This document shows positions 1-7,440 of a DNA stretch of 15,814 bases, one piece after another. A program made the translations under genes and the position numbers. Each line of letters starts with the position of its first letter. Position 1 is the stretch's first letter. A model generated the notes under the pieces. It saw only the letters and a program-made list of their open reading frames with translations, was not told the DNA's origin and ran no database searches. Origin of the DNA: Campylobacterota bacterium (GTDB lineage: Bacteria; Campylobacterota; Campylobacteria; Campylobacterales; Arcobacteraceae); assembly GCA_051746405.1 (NCBI GenBank), contig JBNJFB010000051.1, positions 1-15,814 of the forward strand, in the 5' to 3' direction.

Positions 1-98
1 ATTATGTTTTTTTAGTTTAGAGGTGGGTCATGGAGTGTAACGGAATTCTCTGATAATAGTTTTCAAAATAGTGGGTCAATTTTCAGTCAAAAAATTCA
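1..98. mobile_element. Terminal region of a probable IS21-family insertion sequence (body lies left of the window)
   Basis: Read inward on the minus strand from 98: TGAATTTTTTGACTGAAAATTGACCCAC. The 5'-TG terminus followed by TGAAAATTGACCCAC resembles IS21-family ends. Internal repeats: GTGGGTCA at 23-30 and 71-78, and TGAAAAYT (minus) at 58-65 and 78-85. The boundary coincides with the point where the adjacent kinase gene breaks off. No transposase is visible in the window. Confidence 0.7.
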
Positions 99-1011
99 CT
101 TGAAATGTCTCTTTTATATTTATATCATTTTTTGCTAAAAAAAGTAAATCATCTATGGTTTTTTGAATTCTTATAACTTCATCTAAACAGATATTTAAAC
201 TATCTTTATACTCTTTTTCTTCTCTATCTTTTCTAAGAGCAATTTCAATTTCGCCTCTTATTATAGTAAGAGGTGTTTTTAACTCATGGGATGCATCACT
301 ACTAAACTGGTTTATCTTTTTAAAGGAGCTTTCAAGCCTTTGAAGTAAGTTATTTATTTCTGTTATTAATAAGTCAACCTCATCATTGCTATTTAGTTTT
401 TTTACTCTTTTTGATAAGTCAGAAGCATTTATTGTTTTTAAACTACTTAATATATTTTCAATAGGTTTAAAAGATTTATAGATTAAAAAGTAACCACCGA
501 TAATAGAAAAAATCAAGACTATTGGTATTGTAAAAATCAAAATATAAAAAAGGTTTTCAAGTGTAGAGTTAAGTATTTTATAGTCAGTTGCAACTTGAAC
601 TATATATTTATTGTCATATATATCAAAAAGTATATTACCAACTACATAATTATCTAACTCTTTAAAACTTACAGTATCATTTTTTACATCATCTTTTACA
701 ATATCTATATTTTTAGGAAATTTAGTAGAGTTTATTATTTTCATATTTTTATAACTAATCAATCTTATATAAAGTGGCTTAAACTTATACTCTTTTTCTT
801 CATCATAAATTCTTGATGTTAAATCATCTTTGTGATCTAGTATATCATCTACTATATCTAAGATTATTACTTTTAAGGAGGTCTCCATTTTATCTAAAGT
901 AGAGAGTTTAAGTGTTTTATAAATAGAGAAAGATAAAACTATTAATATAAAAAATTGTATTAATATATTGTATATTAAAAGTTTCTTTTTTATTGAGTAT
1001 TTACTATTCAT
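76..1011 (-). pseudogene. Two-component sensor histidine kinase (2 TM, HAMP, HisKA), truncated before the HATPase_c domain by the IS end
   Basis: Two hydrophobic segments, a HAMP-like region (DLSKRV..NDEVDLL..INNLLQRLE) and H-box FSSDASHELKTPL are present, but there are no N/G1/F/G2 boxes. The frame runs ...TTT CAA G|TG AAT TTT TTG ACT GAA AAT TGA, so the final VNFLTEN* is read from the IS end. The ATG at 1009-1011 overlaps the response regulator 3' end; the ORF track uses the GTG at 1014. Confidence 0.8.
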
Positions 1012-1675
1012 CACTTATTTTAAACCCCATTCCACGAACTGTCTTAATAAGTTTTTTTTTAAAAGGCTTATCTATTTTATTTCTTAGTCTATAAATATAT
1101 ACATTAATAATATTACTTATATTTGTATCCTCCATATTACTTAAGGATGACAGAATAACACTTTCAGATAAAATACTATTTTTATTTCTTATTAAATACT
1201 CTAAAAGAGAAAACTCTTTTGCGGTTAGCTCAATTTTTTTACCCGCTCTATGTACACACTTTTTTACTAAATCTATTTGCAAATCGGCAATTTTTAATAT
1301 GATAGTTTGATTTTCATTTTTTAGTCTTAGTTGAACTCTTATTCTTGCTAATAGCTCAGAAAAAGAAAAAGGCTTACTTAAATAATCATTTGCTCCAATA
1401 TCTAAGCCTTTAATAGTATCTTCAGTTGTATTTTTTGCAGTTAGCATGATAATAGGAGTATTTATTTTATTTAATCTAATCTCCTTGCAAACTTCAATTC
1501 CATCTTTTATAGGAATCATAATATCTAAAAGAATAATGTCATAAATATTAACTGAAGCTAGATAAATAGCCTCATCACCATTTAAACAGTAATCAACACT
1601 ATATGACTCTTCTTGTAAACCTTTTTTCAAAAAGTTTACTATTTTTATATCATCTTCAACTACTAAAATTTTCAT
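1004..1675 (-). CDS. OmpR/PhoB-family DNA-binding response regulator (CusR/CopR-like)
   Basis: Receiver motifs KILVVEDD, ILLDIMIP, MLTAK and GANDYLSKPF; winged-helix motifs LTAKEFSLLEYL, NVYIYRLRNKID and IKTVRGMGF. Start moved from 1714 to the ATG at 1673-1675, which has an AGGA RBS at 1681-1684. Confidence 0.95.
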   Translation of the reverse strand: MKILVVEDDIKIVNFLKKGLQEESYSVDYCLNGDEAIYLASVNIYDIILLDIMIPIKDGIEVCKEIRLNKINTPIIMLTAKNTTEDTIKGLDIGANDYLSKPFSFSELLARIRVQLRLKNENQTIILKIADLQIDLVKKCVHRAGKKIELTAKEFSLLEYLIRNKNSILSESVILSSLSNMEDTNISNIINVYIYRLRNKIDKPFKKKLIKTVRGMGFKISDE

Positions 1676-1702
1676 AATAATCCTAATTGTTAATATTAAA
1701 AT

Positions 1703-1736
1703 ATTATATAACATTAATATGAATAGAAGATGAATA
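1703..1736 (-). promoter_or_regulatory. Response-regulator operon promoter: TATAAT -10 plus tandem TATTCAT-N4-TATTCAT box
   Basis: Minus-strand TATAAT at 1703-1708. A perfect 7-bp direct repeat with 11-bp period (plus-strand ATGAATA at 1719-1725 and 1730-1736) ends 10 bp upstream of the -10, which is pho-box-like geometry for OmpR/PhoB regulators. Confidence 0.6.
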
Positions 1737-1795
1737 AATTAAGAGTATAGCTAGTATTTTACTACTAAGTAATTATATATTTTATTTGTGAAGTT

Positions 1796-3187
1796 TTATT
1801 CATAAAATAGCTTTTGTAGGTACTCATTTGCTACATCTAAATGAGTTTGTAACTTAGTTTTTGACATTTTATTTAGAAGTGATATTTGCATTTTCATTCT
1901 AGGGTTTTTTGAAAATTTGTGTGAGTATTTATATAAAAATCTCCAATATAGACCATCAACTATTTTACACCATTCATCTTTTTTACTATAATCACTCATT
2001 TTTATTAGATAGTTAGAGCTGCTTATATATGGCTTTGTAGTTAGACTTCCACCATCACTAAAACCACTCATTGCATATACATTTCCAACCATCACCCAAT
2101 CATAAGCATCAATATAGTTTTTCATAAAATATTCATATGTACTATTTGGTTCTATTTCCAAAAGTAAAAAAATGTTTCCAATTATCATTAGTCTTTCTAT
2201 ATGGTGTGCATAAGCTGTATTATCAACTTTTTTTATTACATCATCTAGTATTTTAATACCACTGTTTCCTTGAAGTATTGCATTTGGTATTTTGTTTTTA
2301 AAGCCAAAAAAATTAGAGTTTCTAAGTCTTACTTGATCATCTAAATATATTTTTAGCATAAATTCACGCCAACCAATTACTTGTCTTATGAACCCTTCTT
2401 TTGCATTATATGGTGCTTTTGTATCTATAATTTTTTCAATTAAATCATTTAAGTTTATAAGTCCTATATTTAGACTACTTGAGATATTTGAGTGAAATAA
2501 GTAAGTTTGAGCTTTATCTTTTGTAATCGCATCTTGATAGTTTCCAAAATTTTCAAACTTCTCTTTTATAAAGTATTCAAGTTGAAGTGATGCTTCATCA
2601 AATGTAGTAGGGTAGTTAAATGTATCACAGTTTCCTGTTGTATTAAACTTTTTACAATACTGCTTTGCTTCTTTTATATATTTATTATCATAAGACAAAG
2701 TTGCAGGAATAAATATATCTTTAGGAAGTTTTTTTCTATTATCACTATCAAAACTATACTTACCATAAAGTGGTTTGCCATCATCCATAAAGATATCAAG
2801 CTCTTTTCTTCTGTTCATATAAAAATGGTGCATAAATTTTGATTTATCATTAGGATTTATAAAGTTTGGATTCTTAAGAATCTCTATGTTTTGAAAACTT
2901 TTGAAAACTTTTTTTTCTAAATAGTTATCAAAAAGCTCATAGGTGTAAACTTTTGAGTCCTTGTATTTTTTTAAATAGCACTCATCTTCAAAGTATTCAA
3001 CTGTAATACTATTTTTTATTAAATACTCTTCATAATACTTCATAGATGCCCTATGAAGTATAAGTTTTTGTATGTGAAAGGTATATTGAGTGAAAAATAA
3101 AGGTTCCTCAATAAGCAATACTTTTTTATTTTTTAGTTTACTTATATCTTTAAAAAGTTGATTTGGATAAACTAAAAAAATACTCAT
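1796..3187 (-). CDS. Cryptochrome/photolyase family protein, PhrB/CryB (prokaryotic 6-4 photolyase) type, apparently without Fe-S cluster
   Basis: Family motifs LVYPNQLF, HIQKLILHRASM, GKYSFDSDNRK, FGNYQDAI, EGFIRQVIGWREF, YAHHIERLM, DAYDWVM and TKPYISSSNY. Confidence 0.9.
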   Translation of the reverse strand: MSIFLVYPNQLFKDISKLKNKKVLLIEEPLFFTQYTFHIQKLILHRASMKYYEEYLIKNSITVEYFEDECYLKKYKDSKVYTYELFDNYLEKKVFKSFQNIEILKNPNFINPNDKSKFMHHFYMNRRKELDIFMDDGKPLYGKYSFDSDNRKKLPKDIFIPATLSYDNKYIKEAKQYCKKFNTTGNCDTFNYPTTFDEASLQLEYFIKEKFENFGNYQDAITKDKAQTYLFHSNISSSLNIGLINLNDLIEKIIDTKAPYNAKEGFIRQVIGWREFMLKIYLDDQVRLRNSNFFGFKNKIPNAILQGNSGIKILDDVIKKVDNTAYAHHIERLMIIGNIFLLLEIEPNSTYEYFMKNYIDAYDWVMVGNVYAMSGFSDGGSLTTKPYISSSNYLIKMSDYSKKDEWCKIVDGLYWRFLYKYSHKFSKNPRMKMQISLLNKMSKTKLQTHLDVANEYLQKLFYE

Positions 3188-4249
3188 TTACAATATACTT
3201 CTTATAGGTTCCGCACTTGGTTTTGCAAAGTAATAACCCTGTGCATAATCAGCACCTAACTCTCTTACTTTATTAAGCTCTTCAATAGTCTCAACCCCTT
3301 CTGCTAAGAGTTTAATACCATTGTCATTGCTAATAGTTCTTAAAGCTTTGTAAACTGATTGTTTCATACTATCTTTGTCAATAGAGTCTATAATATTTCT
3401 ATCAACTTTTATAATATCAGGTTGTAAATCTACTAACATATTTAAAGAAGAGTATCCCTCTCCAACATCATCTAACGCTACTTGAAAACCTTGCTGTCTA
3501 TAGTAGTCTAAAATACCCTTTAAGTGCTCTTTATCTTGAACTTTTTCAGTTTCAACTACTTCAAAAACAATATTTTTTGGGTCATGGTCTAATTGCTTTG
3601 CCCACTTTACAGTTGCTTGTAAACAAAATTTTGGGTCATATATTGAAGTTGGCAAGAAATTAATAAATACTTTTGAATTTATTTTTTTTACTGCTGATGT
3701 TTTTAGAGCTGATTCTCTACATAACCTATCAAGTTTAAAGTTGGTATCATTTCTTGTGGATTTTTCAAATAGTTCTCCAGGAGACATAAGAGTACCATCT
3801 GGAAAAACTCCCCTTGTTAAAGCTTCATAAGCATATATTGAATCATTTTTTAAATCAATTATAGGTTGAAAATGAGTAGTTAAAGCTTCATTCTCTAAAA
3901 TGTCAAAAAAACTTTTATCATCTATATAGTTTAAAAATATACTTAATGCCTTAGATTTAAGTATGGTACTTATATTTAGTTTATGGTCTTCATTCTCTAC
4001 AAACACTCTAATCTCATTTTGTTCAAATAAAGAAAAATTTTCTTTAAAAAAATCATAGTTTTGTTCAAAGAATTTATTACAGTTCTCACTTTTTAATGTA
4101 TTTATACTATCTTTAGAGTTAACATCTCCCAGGTTTACTAAAACAGCTTTAATTTTTAAGTTTAACTCTGGAATAACAGAAATAAAATGTATTAACCCCT
4201 CACTCTTTGGTATATTAAAACTCTCTTGACATTTACAATTACTCATCAT
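3188..4249 (-). CDS. EAL-domain c-di-GMP phosphodiesterase with uncharacterised N-terminal domain
   Basis: Motifs HFQPI, YEALTRG, FINF, FEVVET, LDDVGEGYSSL, IKVDR, AEGVET and QGYYF, so the catalytic residues appear intact. AGGAG RBS upstream of ATGATG. Confidence 0.93.
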   Translation of the reverse strand: MMSNCKCQESFNIPKSEGLIHFISVIPELNLKIKAVLVNLGDVNSKDSINTLKSENCNKFFEQNYDFFKENFSLFEQNEIRVFVENEDHKLNISTILKSKALSIFLNYIDDKSFFDILENEALTTHFQPIIDLKNDSIYAYEALTRGVFPDGTLMSPGELFEKSTRNDTNFKLDRLCRESALKTSAVKKINSKVFINFLPTSIYDPKFCLQATVKWAKQLDHDPKNIVFEVVETEKVQDKEHLKGILDYYRQQGFQVALDDVGEGYSSLNMLVDLQPDIIKVDRNIIDSIDKDSMKQSVYKALRTISNDNGIKLLAEGVETIEELNKVRELGADYAQGYYFAKPSAEPIRSIL

Positions 4250-4271
4250 ATCTCCTTTTTTTGATACTTTA

Positions 4272-4913
4272 TTAGGGTGCTAATCTTTCTATGCCCCATG
4301 TGTTGTCATCTTGTAAACTATACTCAAATCTATCATGAAGTCTATCTTTCCCACCTTGCCAAAACTCTATAACTTTTGGCTTTACTATATAGCCACCCCA
4401 AAATGATGGAAATGGAACCTCACCTTTTACAAATTTTCTTTTTATTTCATCAAATTTTGCTTCTAATAAACTTCTTGAACTTATAACTTCACTTTGGTGT
4501 GAAACCCATGCTCCTATTTGACTACCTTTTGGTCTTGATAGAAAATATTTCATTGAATCAGTTTTGCTTATTTTTTCAATAGTACCTTCAATTTTCACTT
4601 GTCTTTCAAGCTGTAACCATGCAAAATGAACTGCTGCATTACCATTTTCTTCAATCTGTTTAGCTTTTTTACTTTTATAGTTTGAAAAAAATACAAAACC
4701 CTCTTCATCAAATGTCTTAAGCAAAACAGTTCTAAGTGATGGCATCAGATCATTTCCCACTGTTGCTAAAGTCATAGCATTTGGTTCACAAAGATTAACA
4801 TCAATTGCTTCACTAAACCATTTTTCAAACTGTTTAAAAGGTGAAGTATCTAAGTCATATTTTTGTAAACCTTTAGTCATATACTCTTGTCTCATTCTTT
4901 TTAAATCAAGCAT
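4272..4913 (-). CDS. pdxH: Pyridoxine/pyridoxamine 5'-phosphate oxidase
   Basis: Motifs EPNAMTLAT, RTVLLK, ERQVKIEG, YFLSRPKGSQIGAWVSHQS, EFWQGGKDRLHDR and C-terminal ERLAP. Confidence 0.96.
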   Translation of the reverse strand: MLDLKRMRQEYMTKGLQKYDLDTSPFKQFEKWFSEAIDVNLCEPNAMTLATVGNDLMPSLRTVLLKTFDEEGFVFFSNYKSKKAKQIEENGNAAVHFAWLQLERQVKIEGTIEKISKTDSMKYFLSRPKGSQIGAWVSHQSEVISSRSLLEAKFDEIKRKFVKGEVPFPSFWGGYIVKPKVIEFWQGGKDRLHDRFEYSLQDDNTWGIERLAP

Positions 4914-4922
4914 AAAAAACCT

Positions 4923-5465
4923 TTACTCTTTTATCATCGTAATAACTAATTCACCAACTACTAAACCAAACTTTTTCATTTTAGAATGGTTTATAATAAC
5001 ACCATCTTCTTGTAAATGCAACCAATCTTTTACATTAATATTTACTTTAGTACCTTTATAGTCTATTTCTAAAGTATAGTCTATGACAACACTATTACCC
5101 AAAGCTTTCATGTATGCTTTACCTACAACATCATTAGCTGTACCTATAAATTCACCCTCTTTATTTTCAATAGGTTTTAAAGTCCAAACTCTTTGTTGTT
5201 TTTCTCCATCATTAAAAACAAAGTACTCTCTTAGTGTTCCCACACCATTTTCATCCCACGAACCTATTAAATCGGCTTTAAAAGTTCTTATTATATTTCC
5301 ACTTCTATCTTTTACAAGTCCATAAGCTTTTATTTTACCATTAAAATAGTCTTGAGGTATAAACTCTGGGGTTGTATTTTTAAAATCTTCAATTTTCATG
5401 TTATTACATCCTGTAAAAAAGGTTACTATAAATATTATAAATAAAAGTTTAAAAAACTTACTCAT
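4923..5465 (-). CDS. DUF3833 family lipoprotein (lipocalin-like fold suspected)
   Basis: Signal peptide with lipobox FTG-C20. Motifs YFNGKIKAYG, LREYFVFNDGEKQQRVW, GTANDVVG, DWLHLQ and MKKFG fit DUF3833, which is commonly next to DUF1365/cfa clusters. Confidence 0.8.
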   Translation of the reverse strand: MSKFFKLLFIIFIVTFFTGCNNMKIEDFKNTTPEFIPQDYFNGKIKAYGLVKDRSGNIIRTFKADLIGSWDENGVGTLREYFVFNDGEKQQRVWTLKPIENKEGEFIGTANDVVGKAYMKALGNSVVIDYTLEIDYKGTKVNINVKDWLHLQEDGVIINHSKMKKFGLVVGELVITMIKE

Positions 5466-6690
5466 TTATCAAACCTTTATTTAAATATATATTTTGATCT
5501 CTTGAAAAAACTAGCTGTACTAAGTTAACATTTCTTGTTATAAAAGCAGCTTCACAGTAGTTTAGATACATTTGCCACATTCTTATAAAATACTCATCAA
5601 AACCTAAACTTTTAACTTCATTGATTCTACTTTTAAAATTTTTAAACCATATGTTTAATGTTTTTGCATAATCCTCTGTAAACTCTTCTAAGTTTAAAAG
5701 ATTTAATCTTGTATTTTTACTTGTAACTTCTAATATTTTTGAGACACTAGGTAGGTGACCACCTGGGAAAATATATTTTTGAATAAAATCAGTACTTTTT
5801 GAGTAGTATTTATACCTATTATCTGGCATAGTAATTACTTGTAATGCTAATACTCCACTTGGTTTTAACAAAGATTCACATTTTTTAAAGAATAAATCAA
5901 AATACTCTTTACCCACAGCTTCAAACATTTCAACAGCAATAATAGCATCATATCTACCCTCTAAATCTCTGTAATCCTTTAAAAAGATATCTATCATACC
6001 ATCCACATCATTTTGCTTAAATCTTTCTACACAAAGTTTTTTTTGTTCTTCACTTAAAGTTACAGTGGTAACCTTACACTTTCGATGTTTTGCTAAATGT
6101 ATAGCCATAGAGCCCCATCCTGAGCCAATCTCTAAAACTTCATCTCCTTGTTTAATATTTAACTTATCTGCAAGCTTGGTTATCTTTCTTTTTTGAGCTT
6201 CATATAAACTCTCACTACTATTTTCAAATACAGCAGCTGAGTACATCATAGTATCATCTAAAAAGAGTTTATAAAACTCATTTGATAAATCATAATGTTG
6301 TGAAATATTTCTTTTAGAGTTACTTTTAGAATTTCTTCTTAAATAGTGGCTTAATTTATTAAAGTAGGGCAATAAGTTCACCAATAAATTGCTTTTTTCA
6401 TCTTCACTTTTAATACCAAGTTTTGATGAGTTTAATAACGCTAATTGAATTAGTTTTGTTAAATCACTAACCTCAAAATCATTATTCATATAACTTTGAG
6501 CAAACCCAATATCACCATGTAATAAGATTTTGTAAAAAAGTTTATAATTATTTAGCTTTAAATATATTTGCTCATTGGAATATACCTCTCCATAATATCT
6601 AACCTCTTTATTTGGAAACATTACTTTTAAATTGCCTTTTTCGATTCTTAAAAGCATCTTATTTGCAAAGTTATGTAAAAACATATTCAT
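5458..6690 (-). CDS. SAM-dependent fatty-acyl methyltransferase, cyclopropane-fatty-acyl-phospholipid synthase family (UfaM-like by context)
   Basis: Motifs NISQHYDLSNEFY, MMYSAA, VLEIGSGWGS, TLSEEQ, DYRDL, EMFEAVG, FIQKYIFPGG and RMWQMYLNYCEAAF; long N-terminal extension. Confidence 0.92.
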   Translation of the reverse strand: MNMFLHNFANKMLLRIEKGNLKVMFPNKEVRYYGEVYSNEQIYLKLNNYKLFYKILLHGDIGFAQSYMNNDFEVSDLTKLIQLALLNSSKLGIKSEDEKSNLLVNLLPYFNKLSHYLRRNSKSNSKRNISQHYDLSNEFYKLFLDDTMMYSAAVFENSSESLYEAQKRKITKLADKLNIKQGDEVLEIGSGWGSMAIHLAKHRKCKVTTVTLSEEQKKLCVERFKQNDVDGMIDIFLKDYRDLEGRYDAIIAVEMFEAVGKEYFDLFFKKCESLLKPSGVLALQVITMPDNRYKYYSKSTDFIQKYIFPGGHLPSVSKILEVTSKNTRLNLLNLEEFTEDYAKTLNIWFKNFKSRINEVKSLGFDEYFIRMWQMYLNYCEAAFITRNVNLVQLVFSRDQNIYLNKGLINE

Positions 6691-7440
6691 TTAAAATCTC
6701 CTGATTTTGTCTTTTTCTTCTGCACTATTAAATTTCAAACCTTTTTTATAAAGTTTAAAAGCTTGAAAAAATGTTCTTATAACTACAAAAAAACTTAAAA
6801 ATGTATGCTTTAAAAATAGTTTAAATGTATTTTTTGTATTAAATTGCACTGGAGTTCCTGAAAAACTTGCAGTTAATACTTTAACACTCTGCTCAAATAA
6901 ATCTATTTTTAAAGCCACATTACTTTTGTCATATCTAAATAAAAAGCTATACTCACCATATCTTTTAAAAAAAGGGGATACCAACATATCTTTTGGTACT
7001 TCACCTTTATATAGATTGTATCCCCTTGATTCTAGCTTTATAGGATATACCACTCTGCCGCCATTATAGTTATGTACTTCTGCTAATAAATAACTTAAGT
7101 TTTTTTGCTTATCGTAAATCAAAAGTAAGCTAATAGGATTAAAAACAAAGTTTAAAATTCTAGGTAGGGTTATGAATCTTAAATTGCTATAATCACTAAT
7201 GCCATGCTTTTTCAATAACTCTTCTACGTTTTCTTTAAAATTGCTATTTTTACCAAAGTGATCTTTGGACTTAAAGCAAAAAATATTAAATTTTTCATAT
7301 GAAAATAGAGCATTATCACTTAATTTTTCAATACTATCAATATCAATATCTAGCACAAAAAATTTATATTTAAAACTATGCTCTTTAGGTGAAAACCTTT
7401 TATGATAAACTTTTCCATCATAAAACTTGTGATTACTCAT
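6691..7440 (-). CDS. DUF1365 family protein (UfaO-like by context)
   Basis: Motifs GKVYHKRFSPKEHSFKY, PRILNFVFNPIS, AEVHN and VSPFF; sits between the FAD oxidoreductase and the cfa-like gene. Confidence 0.88.
   Translation of the reverse strand: MSNHKFYDGKVYHKRFSPKEHSFKYKFFVLDIDIDSIEKLSDNALFSYEKFNIFCFKSKDHFGKNSNFKENVEELLKKHGISDYSNLRFITLPRILNFVFNPISLLLIYDKQKNLSYLLAEVHNYNGGRVVYPIKLESRGYNLYKGEVPKDMLVSPFFKRYGEYSFLFRYDKSNVALKIDLFEQSVKVLTASFSGTPVQFNTKNTFKLFLKHTFLSFFVVIRTFFQAFKLYKKGLKFNSAEEKDKIRRF

Noticed and set aside
1052..1060. T9 homopolymer in the response regulator as a phase-variation tract
   Set aside because: A/T runs of this length are common in such AT-rich DNA (also T8 at 11472-11479); the frame is intact, and phase variation in this phylum typically uses longer poly-G/C tracts.
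1676..1714. 13-codon N-terminal extension of the response regulator in the ORF track
   Set aside because: It overlaps the predicted -10 and RBS; the receiver domain starts at MKILVVEDD (1675).
5083..5325. 80-aa plus-strand ORF
   Set aside because: Antisense shadow of the DUF3833 gene; no RBS or recognisable motif.
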